DNA of 56,363 nucleotides from Psychromonas sp. GTDB taxonomy: Bacteria; Pseudomonadota; Gammaproteobacteria; Enterobacterales; Psychromonadaceae. Of this stretch, positions 10,185 through 21,158 are shown in pieces. The first letter of the stretch is position 1. The number at the start of each line of letters is the position of its first letter. The stretch lies in contig JAOFNL010000001.1 of NCBI GenBank assembly GCA_028041985.1, positions 1 to 56,363 on the forward strand. Reading direction: 5' to 3'. The position numbers and the translations under genes are program-made. A model generated the notes under the pieces. The model searched no databases, was not told where the DNA came from, and saw only the letters and a list, made by a program, of their open reading frames with translations.

Positions 10185-10202
10185 TTGTCATAAAGTTGTA
10201 AT
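10185..10202 (+). promoter_or_regulatory. Pho box (PhoB site) upstream of phoH
   Basis: TTGTCATAAAGTTGTAAT: two 11-bp-periodic TGTCAT-like repeats, about 45 bp before the ATG. Confidence 0.7.
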
Positions 10203-10246
10203 AAGTTACTGCTTAGATAAAACTTCACACATCGAAGGAGTTATTC

Positions 10247-11627
10247 ATGACAGAAGCCGAACGAAAATATTACATACTTGATACCAACGTTTTATTACAT
10301 GAACCCCTCGCCCTTTATTCCTTTCAAGAACACAATGTCGTTATTCCGATGACAGTATTAGAAGAATTAGACCGAATTAAAGATAGACAAAAAGATGTTA
10401 GCCGTGACGCGCGTGCCGCAATTCGTAGTTTGGAAGCTATATTTCAGAATGCAACCCCAGAACAAATCAGTCAAGGAGTCGCAATAGATCATCAAGGGAT
10501 AGCGCTTGGTGGAGTGATGTCAATTTTTGCAGATCATCATAGCTCGTTTATTAAAGAAGCGTTTAGCGAAGATGAGCCAGATAATCGTATTATCAATACC
10601 GCTCTTTATTTACAAAAAAGCAAAGCGCCTTGTAAAGTGGTTTTAGTGACCAAAGATATTAATATGCGCCTAAAAGCCAAGGGAGCAGGTCTAAAATATG
10701 TTGAAGATTATAGAAAAGACCAATTAGTTGATGATGTTGATCTATTAAGTAAAGGTTATCAAGAAATACAAGGAAAGTTTTGGAATAATATAGAAGATTG
10801 TGAATCTTTTAACAGAGGTGACGAGACTTATCATCAACTTAAAACAGAAAAAATTAGTCACCCATATTCAAATCAATTTATATTTGATGAATCACATGAG
10901 TTTGTTGGTAAAGTGACAGACCATTTTAAAGAGGGGATCGAATTATTAGATATTGGCTATGATCGTTTGATGGGGCAACATGCATGGGGGGGTTGCACCT
11001 AAAAATATTTATCAAGGAATGGCGATTAATGCGTTATTAGATCCATCAGTTGATTTAGTCATTCTAACTGGGCCTGCAGGTTGTGGAAAAACATTACTTG
11101 CAGTCGCTGCGGCGCTTGAATTAGTGATTGAGCAAAAGCAATATGACAAAATCATTGTGACTCGTAATACACCTGATATTGCAGAAAATATTGGATTTTT
11201 GCCGGGTACTGAAGAAGAGAAAATGATGCCTTGGCTTGCTTCAGTGACTGACACATTAGAAGTGTTACATAAGAATGATAACTGTAGCGCTAGCTCTGTT
11301 AACTACATTATGGATAAAGCAAATATACAATTTAAATCAGTCAATTTTATGCGAGGAAGGAGTATTCAAAATAGTTTTGTTTTATTGGATGAATGTCAGA
11401 ATTTAACGGCTTCACAATTAAAAACAATTATTACGCGTTGCGGAGAGGGGACTAAAATTGTATGTTCAGGTAATTTAGCTCAAATCGATAGTAATTACCT
11501 GACACCTGTCACTTCGGGATTAACCTATATTGTTGAGCGATTTAAGGACTTTGAAGGTAGTGCCAATATTTATTTAAATGGTGTTATTAGAAGTCGTTTA
11601 GCAGAATTTGCCGAAGAACATTTATAG
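10247..11627 (+). pseudogene. phoH: PIN-PhoH family protein split by a +1 frameshift in a G7 run (10986-10992); may be a sequencing error
   Basis: N-terminal PIN domain (LDTNVLLH, EELD, DNRII, TKDINMR) and C-terminal PhoH ATPase (GPAGCGKT, MRGRS, DECQN); span 1381 = 3n+1; G6 restores HAWGVAPKN. Confidence 0.85.
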
Positions 11628-11640
11628 TAAATCAATAAGG

Positions 11641-11671
11641 CAAGCTATCAGGGGGTCATTCCGATAGCTTG
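11641..11671. terminator. Hairpin between convergent genes (probable bidirectional terminator)
   Basis: CAAGCTATC...GATAGCTTG inverted repeat. Confidence 0.65.
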
Positions 11672-11678
11672 TATTCGG

Positions 11679-12236
11679 TCAATTTTTCTCATTTTTATAT
11701 TTCAAAGATTTTACTTTTATTCTGTTATTTTTATCGCGGCTTTTTTTAATTAATTCATTATCTGGTTGGTGTTGTTGAGATTTTGCTAATCTGTCATAAA
11801 GAACAACATTAACTGAGGCCGCTAAGTTCATACATCCAATGGTTGGAATGTAAACCACCGCATCAGCCTGATTAATGACACTCTGTTTAATGGTATTGTC
11901 TTCAGGGCCAAATAAATACATCGCATTATCAGGGTGCTCAAAATTAGGAAGTGGGATTGCACCTTCGATTAAATCCACACAGACTAGCTTCATACCTGGT
12001 TCTAAGGCTGATAGTAAATCTTCATGGTGATCTAAGGGGACTATTTCGTGTACTTTTTGAGTGTCTGCTGCCAAGCGGACTGAACGATTAAAACGCTCAC
12101 CAGAATAAACTACTTTTTGAGCGTCATAGCAACCCGCTGCGCGCATTGCACCGCCCACATTTGTTGAGCTTTTAGGATTAGTAAGCGCGATAATAGTACG
12201 GGTTGTTGAAGCGGGATCTATTTTAATTTCTGACAT
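11679..12236 (-). CDS. SpoU/TrmH-family RNA methyltransferase
   Basis: NPKSSTNVGGAMRAAGC, FGPED and MNLAASVNVVLYDR SPOUT motifs. Confidence 0.88.
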   Translation of the reverse strand: MSEIKIDPASTTRTIIALTNPKSSTNVGGAMRAAGCYDAQKVVYSGERFNRSVRLAADTQKVHEIVPLDHHEDLLSALEPGMKLVCVDLIEGAIPLPNFEHPDNAMYLFGPEDNTIKQSVINQADAVVYIPTIGCMNLAASVNVVLYDRLAKSQQHQPDNELIKKSRDKNNRIKVKSLKYKNEKN

Positions 12237-12289
12237 AATTTTATATTTTTAGTAAGCGAGAGAAGGCAGAGTTCATTTGTCAATACATT

Positions 12290-12316
12290 GTACTTAGATG
12301 AACAGCATCTAAGTAC
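12290..12316 (-). terminator. Hairpin downstream of the DUF2750 gene
   Basis: GTACTTAGATG-aacag-CATCTAAGTAC perfect 11-bp stem. Confidence 0.6.
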
Positions 12317-12327
12317 TACATGAAAAA

Positions 12328-12687
12328 TTATAACGCTTCTATTTGACCAAGTGCTTCAGTAAATTCAGATAACCCTAATTCAATATCGTCTTCATCGCCT
12401 ACCCAGTTAATACCGACAATAACATCATCTTCCACTAAATCTTCAAGCCAGAATTCAAACCAGTCTGCTAAAGCAATAGATGCAGGAACATAGTCAGCCC
12501 ACTCTTCAATACAATGGGTTTTTGCAAGGGCTTCTGTAGACCACAAAGGCATAACTTCTGTTTCTTCATAATTCATTGAATCCATCACGACCCAATCGCC
12601 GCTTTCTTTGTCTTGTAATGCCCATAAAAGCTGACTTTCTTTAACTTCTTCCTGAAATTTTTCTAATGCAGCAATGTTTTGAGTCAT
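12328..12687 (-). CDS. DUF2750 family acidic protein
   Basis: LWAL, MPLWS..LA...C.EEW..Y, WLEDL..D...VGINW pattern. Confidence 0.75.
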   Translation of the reverse strand: MTQNIAALEKFQEEVKESQLLWALQDKESGDWVVMDSMNYEETEVMPLWSTEALAKTHCIEEWADYVPASIALADWFEFWLEDLVEDDVIVGINWVGDEDDIELGLSEFTEALGQIEAL

Positions 12688-12845
12688 GGTGATTCTCTCT
12701 TATATTGAAGTGGAAATACTAAAAACGTTAGTATACGGGTTAAGTTAATAATTGATAGAGTGAAATCGTGACGATTTGATGAAACGGGTCTTTAGGTAGA
12801 TTTTTGGAACTCTGGCATAATTGAGGCGACTTAAAAGGAAAGATT

Positions 12846-14009
12846 ATGGAATTATTACAATTACAACACTATGGTAAAACCTTACGACTTGAAGCCTCAA
12901 TGGCTGGCTGGCAACAACTCTATTGGGGAGAACAAATCGTTTCTCAAATCACGGCGAGCGAGTTTGCTCAAGGTAAAAAATCACATGAATTTGAAATGTT
13001 TCAACAGCAGCATTTACAGGATACAAGTTCAGAACATGAGGCAGTAAAAAAACCGCTTGAACACAATGTTGAACTTATTTATCAAACCACAAAATCTATT
13101 CATTGCAAATTAGATGTTGATCTAGTCTGGCAACCCTTTTTAGTAAAATATGCGCTCTATGTCGATAACCAATTAGTTCAAAAAGCTTCGCGTAACAGTA
13201 AAGATATTGAACAACAAACGCCTGCTAAAATAGTTGCTGAGCCTAAAAAGTTAAGTGTGTTAGGGTTGGGTTCACTCGCATTAAAATTATTCAAAAGTGC
13301 GAAAGTGATAAAGGTGGTATTAGCAGGGGCAAGTGTTGCAGCTTATAGTTGTTTTTTTTCTTTTCAGTTTGCCGCAGCGTTAATCGCATGTTTAGTGTTT
13401 CATGAGTATGGTCACATTCGAGCCATGAAATATTTTGGTATGAAAACAAAAGGGATCTATTTAATTCCTTTTGTGGGTGGTTTAGCCGTATCTGATGAAA
13501 AAATTAACACGCGATGGCAAGATGTTGTGATTTCAATTATGGGGCCCACATTTGGTTTGTTGATGTCACTCGTTTGTCTTATTATTTATTGGGTCACTGA
13601 GAGTCCTTTCTTTGCAGGATTAGCCGCTTTTAATGCATTATTAAATCTATTTAATATGCTACCTATTTTACCCTTGGATGGCGGACATATATTGAAAAGC
13701 ATTAGTTTTTCAATGAACAGTAAAGTGGGGCTATTTGCTTGTGTTCTCGGCGCAGGCGCAGGCGTGTTTATTAGTTATAGTCTAGGACTCGCATTATTAG
13801 GTTTCTTATTGCTAATTGGCAGTGTTGAGATAGTCCTTGAATGGCGAGCTCGTTTTAATAGTCATTTATTACCACTTGATCGTTATGGGCAACTTTTTTC
13901 AACGGTATGGTACTTATTCACCGTCGCTAGTTTAATTGGCGTTATTTTTTACTTTGCACAATCAGGAGACCAAATATTATCACTGCCATTGATGATTTTA
14001 GGTAGTTAA
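12846..14009 (+). CDS. Site-2 protease (M50) family intramembrane metalloprotease with soluble N-terminal domain
   Basis: HEYGH (HExxH), IPFVGG, GP, NMLPILPLDGG (NxxPxxxxDG); multiple TM segments. Confidence 0.88.
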   Translation: MELLQLQHYGKTLRLEASMAGWQQLYWGEQIVSQITASEFAQGKKSHEFEMFQQQHLQDTSSEHEAVKKPLEHNVELIYQTTKSIHCKLDVDLVWQPFLVKYALYVDNQLVQKASRNSKDIEQQTPAKIVAEPKKLSVLGLGSLALKLFKSAKVIKVVLAGASVAAYSCFFSFQFAAALIACLVFHEYGHIRAMKYFGMKTKGIYLIPFVGGLAVSDEKINTRWQDVVISIMGPTFGLLMSLVCLIIYWVTESPFFAGLAAFNALLNLFNMLPILPLDGGHILKSISFSMNSKVGLFACVLGAGAGVFISYSLGLALLGFLLLIGSVEIVLEWRARFNSHLLPLDRYGQLFSTVWYLFTVASLIGVIFYFAQSGDQILSLPLMILGS

Positions 14010-14096
14010 ACTGCTCGAGCCGAACCAAGAATAAATCATTAAACCGAGTATTTCATCTTATTGTTATTATTCGCTTTATGTTAAAAGGAAGAATTA

Positions 14097-14876
14097 ATGT
14101 GTAAATTTAAAAGCGTTTTCCTGTGTGCTGCAGTTTTCTCTCTGACAGCATGTCATTCGACTACGCCACCAACATCAGAAAAAGTATCTGGTACGGTAAC
14201 TTATAATGAACGCATTTTGTTAACTCAAAATGTTGTATTAACCGTTAAGTTAGAAGATACAGCAAAACAAGATGTTGCAGCTGAAGTAATTTCTAAACAG
14301 AGTATTGATGTCAATACGCCTCCACCTTGGTCTTTTGACTTAGCGTACGATCCTAAAGCAATCACTGCAAAAGGGGATTATACATTGAGAGCAACTGTCT
14401 CAGTTAATGGTGAACTCCGCTTTATCAATATAAGCAGGGTGCCTGCATTTGATAACAAAGAACCAATTAATATTGTGGTTTCACCAGTGAGTAAAAAACA
14501 GATCACTAAACAAGCGATGCTAGAAGCACACTCATGGACAATAATAGAACTTAATGCTGAAGCGGTTAATGTCGATAAAACTTTGAATAAAAAAGTCGGT
14601 ATTCATTTTAATGCTGAAAAGAAACAAAGTAGTGGTTTTGCAGGTTGTAATCAATTTTCTGGTGGTTATGAAGTGACTGAAACTACATTAGCTTTTGCAC
14701 AGATGATTTCCACACAAATGGCCTGTGAAAATAGTAATTTTGAATCTGAATTTTTACAAGTATTATCACAAGTACATACTTATACCATTGATGATAATCG
14801 ATTAATGCTGTTAGATGTTCAGAATAAAGGCGTGGCACAATTTGAAATTGACCGCGATAACTTAGACAACAATTAA
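14097..14876 (+). CDS. Lipoprotein with YbaY-like and META (HslJ-like) domains
   Basis: Lipobox LTAC; VSGTVTYNERI.L and DTAKQD (YbaY); GFAGCNQFSG and STQMAC (META). Confidence 0.8.
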   Translation: MCKFKSVFLCAAVFSLTACHSTTPPTSEKVSGTVTYNERILLTQNVVLTVKLEDTAKQDVAAEVISKQSIDVNTPPPWSFDLAYDPKAITAKGDYTLRATVSVNGELRFINISRVPAFDNKEPINIVVSPVSKKQITKQAMLEAHSWTIIELNAEAVNVDKTLNKKVGIHFNAEKKQSSGFAGCNQFSGGYEVTETTLAFAQMISTQMACENSNFESEFLQVLSQVHTYTIDDNRLMLLDVQNKGVAQFEIDRDNLDNN

Positions 14877-15211
14877 ATTAGCATTATTGTTTTTGATGCA
14901 ATAGTATGTTGCTCTTAACGGTCAATATGCCTCTTTAATCGTCATTAATATGGAGGCAGATTGTTTTAATATTCCATTAAACCTCTACTGCTTTATAGTC
15001 AATATTTATGAAATAAAACAATTAGAGACTTTAATTGGGTATTCTGTGAATTCAGTTCCTCTATAATGTTTTAACTTTCAACCGCTTATATTTATCACTC
15101 TCCTTATAACTATTTTCTATATACTATTTAAATTCGTTACTGCCTATTTATCTGATAACACTGCATAATACTTCCAAATTATATACACCTTGTGACTTTG
15201 TAAGGAAACAC

Positions 15212-16120
15212 ATGAATAATAAAAGACTAACTCACCTTAAAGCGCTTGAGGCTGAATCAATTCAAATTATGCGTGAAGTAGCTGCTGAATTTGAAAACCC
15301 AGTAATGCTCTATTCAATTGGTAAAGATTCATCTGTTTTGTTACACCTTGCGCGTAAAGCATTTTACCCAGGTAAAATACCGTTCCCATTATTACATGTT
15401 GATACTGATTGGAAATTTAAAGAAATGATCGAATTTCGCGATAACTTAGCGAAAAAATATGATTTCGAATTATTAGTCCATAAAAATCCTGAAGGTATTG
15501 CAATGGGCATGGGACCTTTTACACATGGTTCTGCAAAACATACAGATGTGATGAAAACGCAAGGTCTGAAACAAGCACTTGATCATTACGGATTTGATGC
15601 TGCATTTGGTGGCGCTCGTCGAGATGAAGAAAAATCGCGTGCAAAAGAACGTGTTTACTCATTCCGTGATAAAAAGCATCGCTGGGATCCAAAAAACCAA
15701 CGTCCTGAATTATGGAACATCTACAATTCAAAAGTAGACCGCGGTGAAAGTATTCGTGTATTCCCACTTTCAAATTGGACTGAACTTGATATTTGGCAAT
15801 ACATCTACCAAGAAAATATCGAAATGGTACCCCTGTATTTCTCTGCTCCACGTCCAGTTGTTGAACGTGATGGTTCATTAATCATGGTTGATGATGAGCG
15901 TATGCCATTGGAAGATGGCGAAGTACCTCAGATTAAAAATGTGCGTTTCCGTACTTTAGGTTGTTACCCATTAACCGGTGCGATTGAATCTGAAGCAAAA
16001 ACATTACCTGAAATTATTCAAGAGATGTTGTTAACGACAACGTCTGAGCGCCAAGGTCGTGTGATCGATAACGATTCAGCGGGTTCGATGGAAAAGAAAA
16101 AGATGGAAGGTTATTTTTAA
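15212..16120 (+). CDS. cysD: Sulfate adenylyltransferase subunit 2
   Basis: [22 protein letters not shown] and [13 protein letters not shown] motifs. Confidence 0.96.
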   Translation: MNNKRLTHLKALEAESIQIMREVAAEFENPVMLYSIGKDSSVLLHLARKAFYPGKIPFPLLHVDTDWKFKEMIEFRDNLAKKYDFELLVHKNPEGIAMGMGPFTHGSAKHTDVMKTQGLKQALDHYGFDAAFGGARRDEEKSRAKERVYSFRDKKHRWDPKNQRPELWNIYNSKVDRGESIRVFPLSNWTELDIWQYIYQENIEMVPLYFSAPRPVVERDGSLIMVDDERMPLEDGEVPQIKNVRFRTLGCYPLTGAIESEAKTLPEIIQEMLLTTTSERQGRVIDNDSAGSMEKKKMEGYF

Positions 16121-16167
16121 ACGAAAGTTTAAATCAACCCATTCCCATAAAGTATTAAGGATAAAAA

Positions 16168-17577
16168 ATGACAAATGATACAAATCTAATCGCATCGGAT
16201 ATCGAAGAATATTTACGCGTACACGAAAACAAAGACATGATGCGTTTTATCACTTGTGGTAGCGTAGATGATGGTAAATCAACGTTAATAGGACGTTTAT
16301 TATTTGATAGTAAGATGATTTTTGAAGATCATATGGCTGCTATTGAAAAAGACTCTAAAAAATTCAATACAACAGATGAATCTTTCGATTTAGCGTTATT
16401 GGTAGATGGCCTGCAATCTGAACGCGAACAAGGGATCACCATTGATGTTGCTTACCGTTATTTTGCCACTGAACAGCGTAAATTTATTATTGCTGATACG
16501 CCTGGACATGAGCAATATACTCGTAACATGGCAACAGGCGCTTCTACTTGTGATTTAGCTATTATCTTGATCGATGCTCGTCATGGTGTACAAGTACAAA
16601 CACGTCGTCATTCATACATCTGTTCTTTATTAGGCATTAAGCATGTTGTTATCGCTATCAATAAAATGGATGCAGTGGGTTACGACCAAGATGTATATAA
16701 GAAAATAAAAGCGGATTACCGTGAGTTTGCTGAACAGCTAAATATCGCAGATGTACGTTTTGTTCCTATTTCTGCACTGAAAGGTGATAACGTAGTTAAC
16801 CAAAGTGAAAATATGCCTTGGTACCCGGGATCTCCATTATTACGATTATTAAATACGGTACAAATTAGCAGCAATGCAAATGATAAATTCCGTTTAGGTG
16901 TACAGTACGTAAACCGTCCAAATTTAGATTTCCGTGGTTTCGCAGGAACAATTGCATCAGGTGAAATCAGAGTGGGAGATACTATTGCAGCGTTACCTTC
17001 TGGTAAACAAAGCAAAGTAAAAGAAATTGTTACGTTCGATGGCAACATTGATATCGCTTATCAAGGTATGGCCATTACTTTAACGCTGGAAGATGAGATT
17101 GATATTAGTCGTGGTGATATGATTGTTCGTCCACATGAGAAACCTCAATCGACTAAAAACTTTGAAGCAGATGTGGTTTGGATGGACGAAACACCATTGC
17201 AAGTTGATCGTGAATACATCATCAAAGTAGGTAGTAACTCAACGGTGGGTTGTGTAACAGAAGTTAACTATCAAACTGATGTTAATACCATCAAACAAAA
17301 GCCTGCTACACTTTTGGCGTTAAACGAAATTGGAAGCTGTCAATTTGAAGTGGCGAAAGCAGTTCAATTTGATGCTTATGCTGAAAATAGAGCGACAGGT
17401 GCTTTTATCATTATTGACCGTTTAACCAATGCAACGGTTGGTGCGGGTATGATAAAAAATGCTGTCGATGCTAAGGCTTCTGCAAAACCAGCTTATAGTG
17501 AATTTGAAGTTGAGTTTAATGCATTAGTTCGTAAGCATTTCCCACATTGGGAAGCGAAAGATATCCTAAAAGGGTAG
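16168..17577 (+). CDS. cysN: Sulfate adenylyltransferase subunit 1 (GTPase)
   Basis: [39 protein letters not shown]. Confidence 0.96.
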   Translation: MTNDTNLIASDIEEYLRVHENKDMMRFITCGSVDDGKSTLIGRLLFDSKMIFEDHMAAIEKDSKKFNTTDESFDLALLVDGLQSEREQGITIDVAYRYFATEQRKFIIADTPGHEQYTRNMATGASTCDLAIILIDARHGVQVQTRRHSYICSLLGIKHVVIAINKMDAVGYDQDVYKKIKADYREFAEQLNIADVRFVPISALKGDNVVNQSENMPWYPGSPLLRLLNTVQISSNANDKFRLGVQYVNRPNLDFRGFAGTIASGEIRVGDTIAALPSGKQSKVKEIVTFDGNIDIAYQGMAITLTLEDEIDISRGDMIVRPHEKPQSTKNFEADVVWMDETPLQVDREYIIKVGSNSTVGCVTEVNYQTDVNTIKQKPATLLALNEIGSCQFEVAKAVQFDAYAENRATGAFIIIDRLTNATVGAGMIKNAVDAKASAKPAYSEFEVEFNALVRKHFPHWEAKDILKG

Positions 17578-17594
17578 AGCATTCAGCCATAGTT

Positions 17595-17637
17595 ATTAAT
17601 TATTAGCTACTTTTTACAATGAGTAGCTAATATTAAT
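17595..17637 (+). other. Intra-operon hairpin between cysN and the permease
   Basis: ATTAATTATTAGCTACT...AGTAGCTAATATTAAT inverted repeat. Confidence 0.6.
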
Positions 17638-17660
17638 CGCTCACTACTATTCGAGTACCC

Positions 17661-19388
17661 ATGACTCTTCAATCCTATTTTGTACTTGCTGTTTTTATTT
17701 TAACTATTATTGGTTTGGTCAAATTTCAACAGCGACCAAGTTTAGTCTTTGGTATCGCATTATTGACGTTATTTTCCACTCAAATGGTCACTACCGAGCA
17801 AGTCATTAAAAGCCTATCCAACCAAGGTCTATTAACATTAATTTTATTAATGTTGTGTTCTATTGCGCTTGAGAAAACACGTCTATTACGACTGGTTGCG
17901 ATGAAGGTAATCAGGCCAACTTATACAGCAACGTGGACGAGATTATTCGGCTTCACTGTTATCTCATCTGCATTTCTAAATAATACAGCGGTTGTTTCGA
18001 CGATGTTGGCGCCAATTCGTAACAACCCAAATCATTCAGCGAGCAAACTGCTTATTCCATTATCCTACGCTGCAATTTTAGGTGGGACACTGACACTCGT
18101 AGGAACCTCGACTAACTTGATCGTAAACAGTTTAGTATTAGATGCTAATTTACCTTCGCTAGGCTTCTTCGATTTTACTGTAGTGGGCTTATGCTTAGTC
18201 ACAACTTGTGGTATTACACTTTATTTATGCCGTTCTATTTTACCAGATAGAAATATGAAAGATGGTATCGCTCAGTCTTATTTTATTGAAGCAAAGGTGA
18301 ACCCTGAATCAAGTTTAGTGGGAAAAAGTGTTGAACAAAATGGTTTACGACATTTACAGTCACTCTTTTTAGTTGAAATTATGCGCGGAGATTGTTTATT
18401 AAGTGCCATTTCTCCTAGCGAAGTGCTACAAGCAAATGACAAATTAATTTTCAGTGGCGATATATCTAAAGTGAGTCAATTACGTTTATTTGATGGATTA
18501 TCTATTTTTGCAGAGAATAGTGGACTGCTATTAGATAATTTACGCGAAGTTGTTGTACGTCCTGAAAGTATTTTAACTGGTAATACCCTCAAGTCTGTCG
18601 GTTTTAGATCGTTATTTGACGCCGCTGTTGTTGCGATTAAACGTGATGGTGAAAAAGTTTCTGGCAAAATTGGTAAATTAAAAATTAGACCGGGTGATTT
18701 TTTAGTGTTGGCCGTGGGTGAAGATTTTAAATCGCGTCGAAATATTCGTAAAAACTTTATTTTATTATCTGATATAGAGCTGGATTCTCGTTTGTCCGGC
18801 AAAAAAGAATGGCTCGCTATTGCTGGTTTTATTGCTGCCATTGCTTTATCTGCTGTTGGTGTTATTTCGTTGTTTAAAGCGGTTGTATTATTACTCGGCG
18901 TTTTATTATTAAGTGGCTGTTTAACCAGCAGTGAAGTGTTAAGACGTTTCCCTATCGATATTTGGGTGATTATCTCATCTGCTATTGTGCTGTCTTATGC
19001 ATTGTTAAATAGTGGTGTGATTGAAGTCTTCAACCAAATTGTGAGCAATAATTCATCGTTATTTAGCCCTTTAATTGCACTTATTACCGTTTATATCGTG
19101 ACGTTATTATTAACTGAACTAGTCACAAATAATGCAGCTGCAGCATTAGTGTTTCCTATTGCCTATGGTTTAGCTGTGAGTATTGGTGCGAATCCAATGG
19201 CATTTATTATGGTGGTTGCATTTGGCGCGAGTGCAAGTTTTATCAGTCCTTATGGTTATCAAACGAATTTGATGGTATTCAACGCAGGACAATACAAATT
19301 AAATGATTTTATTAAAATCGGTGTGCCAGTAAGCATTGTTTATAGCGTGACCGTTATTACTGCGATTGTGATGGTGTTCGGATTATAA
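17661..19388 (+). CDS. SLC13/DASS permease with two TrkA-C domains (probable sulfate transporter)
   Basis: SAFLNNT, GGTLTLVGTSTNL, TNNAAA, SPYGYQTNLMV; located within the cys operon. Confidence 0.85.
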   Translation: MTLQSYFVLAVFILTIIGLVKFQQRPSLVFGIALLTLFSTQMVTTEQVIKSLSNQGLLTLILLMLCSIALEKTRLLRLVAMKVIRPTYTATWTRLFGFTVISSAFLNNTAVVSTMLAPIRNNPNHSASKLLIPLSYAAILGGTLTLVGTSTNLIVNSLVLDANLPSLGFFDFTVVGLCLVTTCGITLYLCRSILPDRNMKDGIAQSYFIEAKVNPESSLVGKSVEQNGLRHLQSLFLVEIMRGDCLLSAISPSEVLQANDKLIFSGDISKVSQLRLFDGLSIFAENSGLLLDNLREVVVRPESILTGNTLKSVGFRSLFDAAVVAIKRDGEKVSGKIGKLKIRPGDFLVLAVGEDFKSRRNIRKNFILLSDIELDSRLSGKKEWLAIAGFIAAIALSAVGVISLFKAVVLLLGVLLLSGCLTSSEVLRRFPIDIWVIISSAIVLSYALLNSGVIEVFNQIVSNNSSLFSPLIALITVYIVTLLLTELVTNNAAAALVFPIAYGLAVSIGANPMAFIMVVAFGASASFISPYGYQTNLMVFNAGQYKLNDFIKIGVPVSIVYSVTVITAIVMVFGL

Positions 19389-19445
19389 CGTTAAGGGCTG
19401 ACGTAAACTATCAGCCTTATTGAATTGAATATAAGTTTAGGAAGA

Positions 19446-20081
19446 ATGATGAATAATCCATATATAGAAAAAGATGTTGATGGTGAAAAGTCTTCAGATG
19501 TTGTTTGGCATCAAGCAAGTGTTTCTCATGAGCAACATTGTGAATTAAATGGGCATAAAGCAGCGGTTTTATGGTTTACGGGATTAAGTGGATCAGGTAA
19601 ATCTACAGTAGCTAATGCCGTGGATTTAATGTTATTCCAACATCAAGCTAAAACCTATGTATTAGATGGCGATAATGTGAGACATGGTTTAAATGGGGAT
19701 TTAGGTTTTTCAGACAATGATCGCATTGAGAATATTCGCCGTGTAGGCGAAGTTTCAAAATTGTTTGCTGATGCAGGGTTATTAGTTTCAACGGCTTTCA
19801 TCTCACCATTTGTTGCTGATCGAGAAATGGTGCGTTCACAATTACCTAAAGGGCAATTTATTGAAGTGTTTATCGATACGCCTTTGTCTGTTTGTGAGTC
19901 TCGAGATCCAAAAGGGCTATATAAGAAAGCACGAGCAGGCGAAATTAAAAACTTTACTGGTATCGATAGTGCTTATGAAATGCCAGTTAACCCTGAAATA
20001 CATGTTAAAACTGCAGAGCAATCGATTGAAGAGTGCGCGATGCAAGTTGTAGATTATCTAAAAGAAAATGGGTATTTATAA
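19446..20081 (+). CDS. cysC: Adenylyl-sulfate kinase
   Basis: [41 protein letters not shown]; ATG 19446 after AGGAAG. Confidence 0.96.
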   Translation: MMNNPYIEKDVDGEKSSDVVWHQASVSHEQHCELNGHKAAVLWFTGLSGSGKSTVANAVDLMLFQHQAKTYVLDGDNVRHGLNGDLGFSDNDRIENIRRVGEVSKLFADAGLLVSTAFISPFVADREMVRSQLPKGQFIEVFIDTPLSVCESRDPKGLYKKARAGEIKNFTGIDSAYEMPVNPEIHVKTAEQSIEECAMQVVDYLKENGYL

Positions 20082-21040
20082 TGCATTATGATGTCTTTAA
20101 TGGAGATGCTGACGGAATAATTTCTCTGATTCAATTACGACTCAATCAACCATTAGCATCTCAATTGGTCACTGGGGTTAAACGAGACATCCAGTTATTG
20201 CAAAGTTTGCCTGTGAAGCCAGGTGATAGTCTAACTGTTTTAGATATCTCGATGGAAAAAAATAACGCTGCATTAACAGAAATATTAGATCAGGAAATCG
20301 AGGTCTTTTATGCCGATCATCATAGAGCCGGTGATATTCCTGTTCATAATCACTTAACAGCGTTAATTGATTTAGATGCAAACACCTGCACCGCGTTGAT
20401 TATTGATAAATATTTAGCTGGTAAATATCACGCGTGGGCAATTTGTGCTGCTTATGGTGACAATATGATTTCTACCGCAGAAAAATTATCAATTGAAGCA
20501 GGTTACAGCATAACTCAAAGGGAGCAGTTAAAAGAATTAGGCACGCTAATTAATTACAATGGTTATGGATCAACTATCAGTGACTTACACTATGAACCTG
20601 CAAATTTATATCGTCTTTTATTAGAGTATTCCTCACCTTTTGATGTGATTAAAGACAATAATTCACCTTATTTACAGCTGAAAACTGCATATGAGACAGA
20701 TTTAGCATTAGCGTTGGCTATTCCAACTCACTATCAATCTAGTTTGTTAAGTGTTTTTGAATTACCAGATAAACCTTGGTCACGTCGTATTAGTGGTGTT
20801 TACGGTAATTTATTAGCTAATCAAAATCCTGATAGTGCTTTTGCTGTGTTAACTAAAAACAAAGAACAAAATTATTTAGTGTCTTTACGTGCTCCGTTAA
20901 ATGATAAACAAGGTGCAGGCGATATTTGTAGTCAATTTGAAAGTGGAGGAGGGCGTGCGGCAGCCGCTGGTATTAATAACTTACCTGAATCATCATTATC
21001 AAAGTTCATTGAACTAGTAGAAGAAAAGTACGGCTCATAG
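20081..21040 (+). CDS. DHH/DHHA1-family phosphoesterase
   Basis: NGDADG, LDIS, ADHH and GGGRAAAAG motifs; TAATG overlap with the cysC stop. Confidence 0.8.
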   Translation: MHYDVFNGDADGIISLIQLRLNQPLASQLVTGVKRDIQLLQSLPVKPGDSLTVLDISMEKNNAALTEILDQEIEVFYADHHRAGDIPVHNHLTALIDLDANTCTALIIDKYLAGKYHAWAICAAYGDNMISTAEKLSIEAGYSITQREQLKELGTLINYNGYGSTISDLHYEPANLYRLLLEYSSPFDVIKDNNSPYLQLKTAYETDLALALAIPTHYQSSLLSVFELPDKPWSRRISGVYGNLLANQNPDSAFAVLTKNKEQNYLVSLRAPLNDKQGAGDICSQFESGGGRAAAAGINNLPESSLSKFIELVEEKYGS

Positions 21041-21158
21041 TTTTTTAAAAATATTAAGTTGCATTGAGTAGATTATTTAGTCGATGCAATAAAACTGATT
21101 TACTCATTATTAATAACTCAGTTAAATACGCTTATTAGTATCGGCAACTCAAGCCAGT

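Noticed and set aside
12805-12830. Sigma-54 or sigma-E promoter upstream of the site-2 protease (GGAACT; TGGCAT-N5-AGGC)
   Set aside because: The second promoter element is a poor match in both cases
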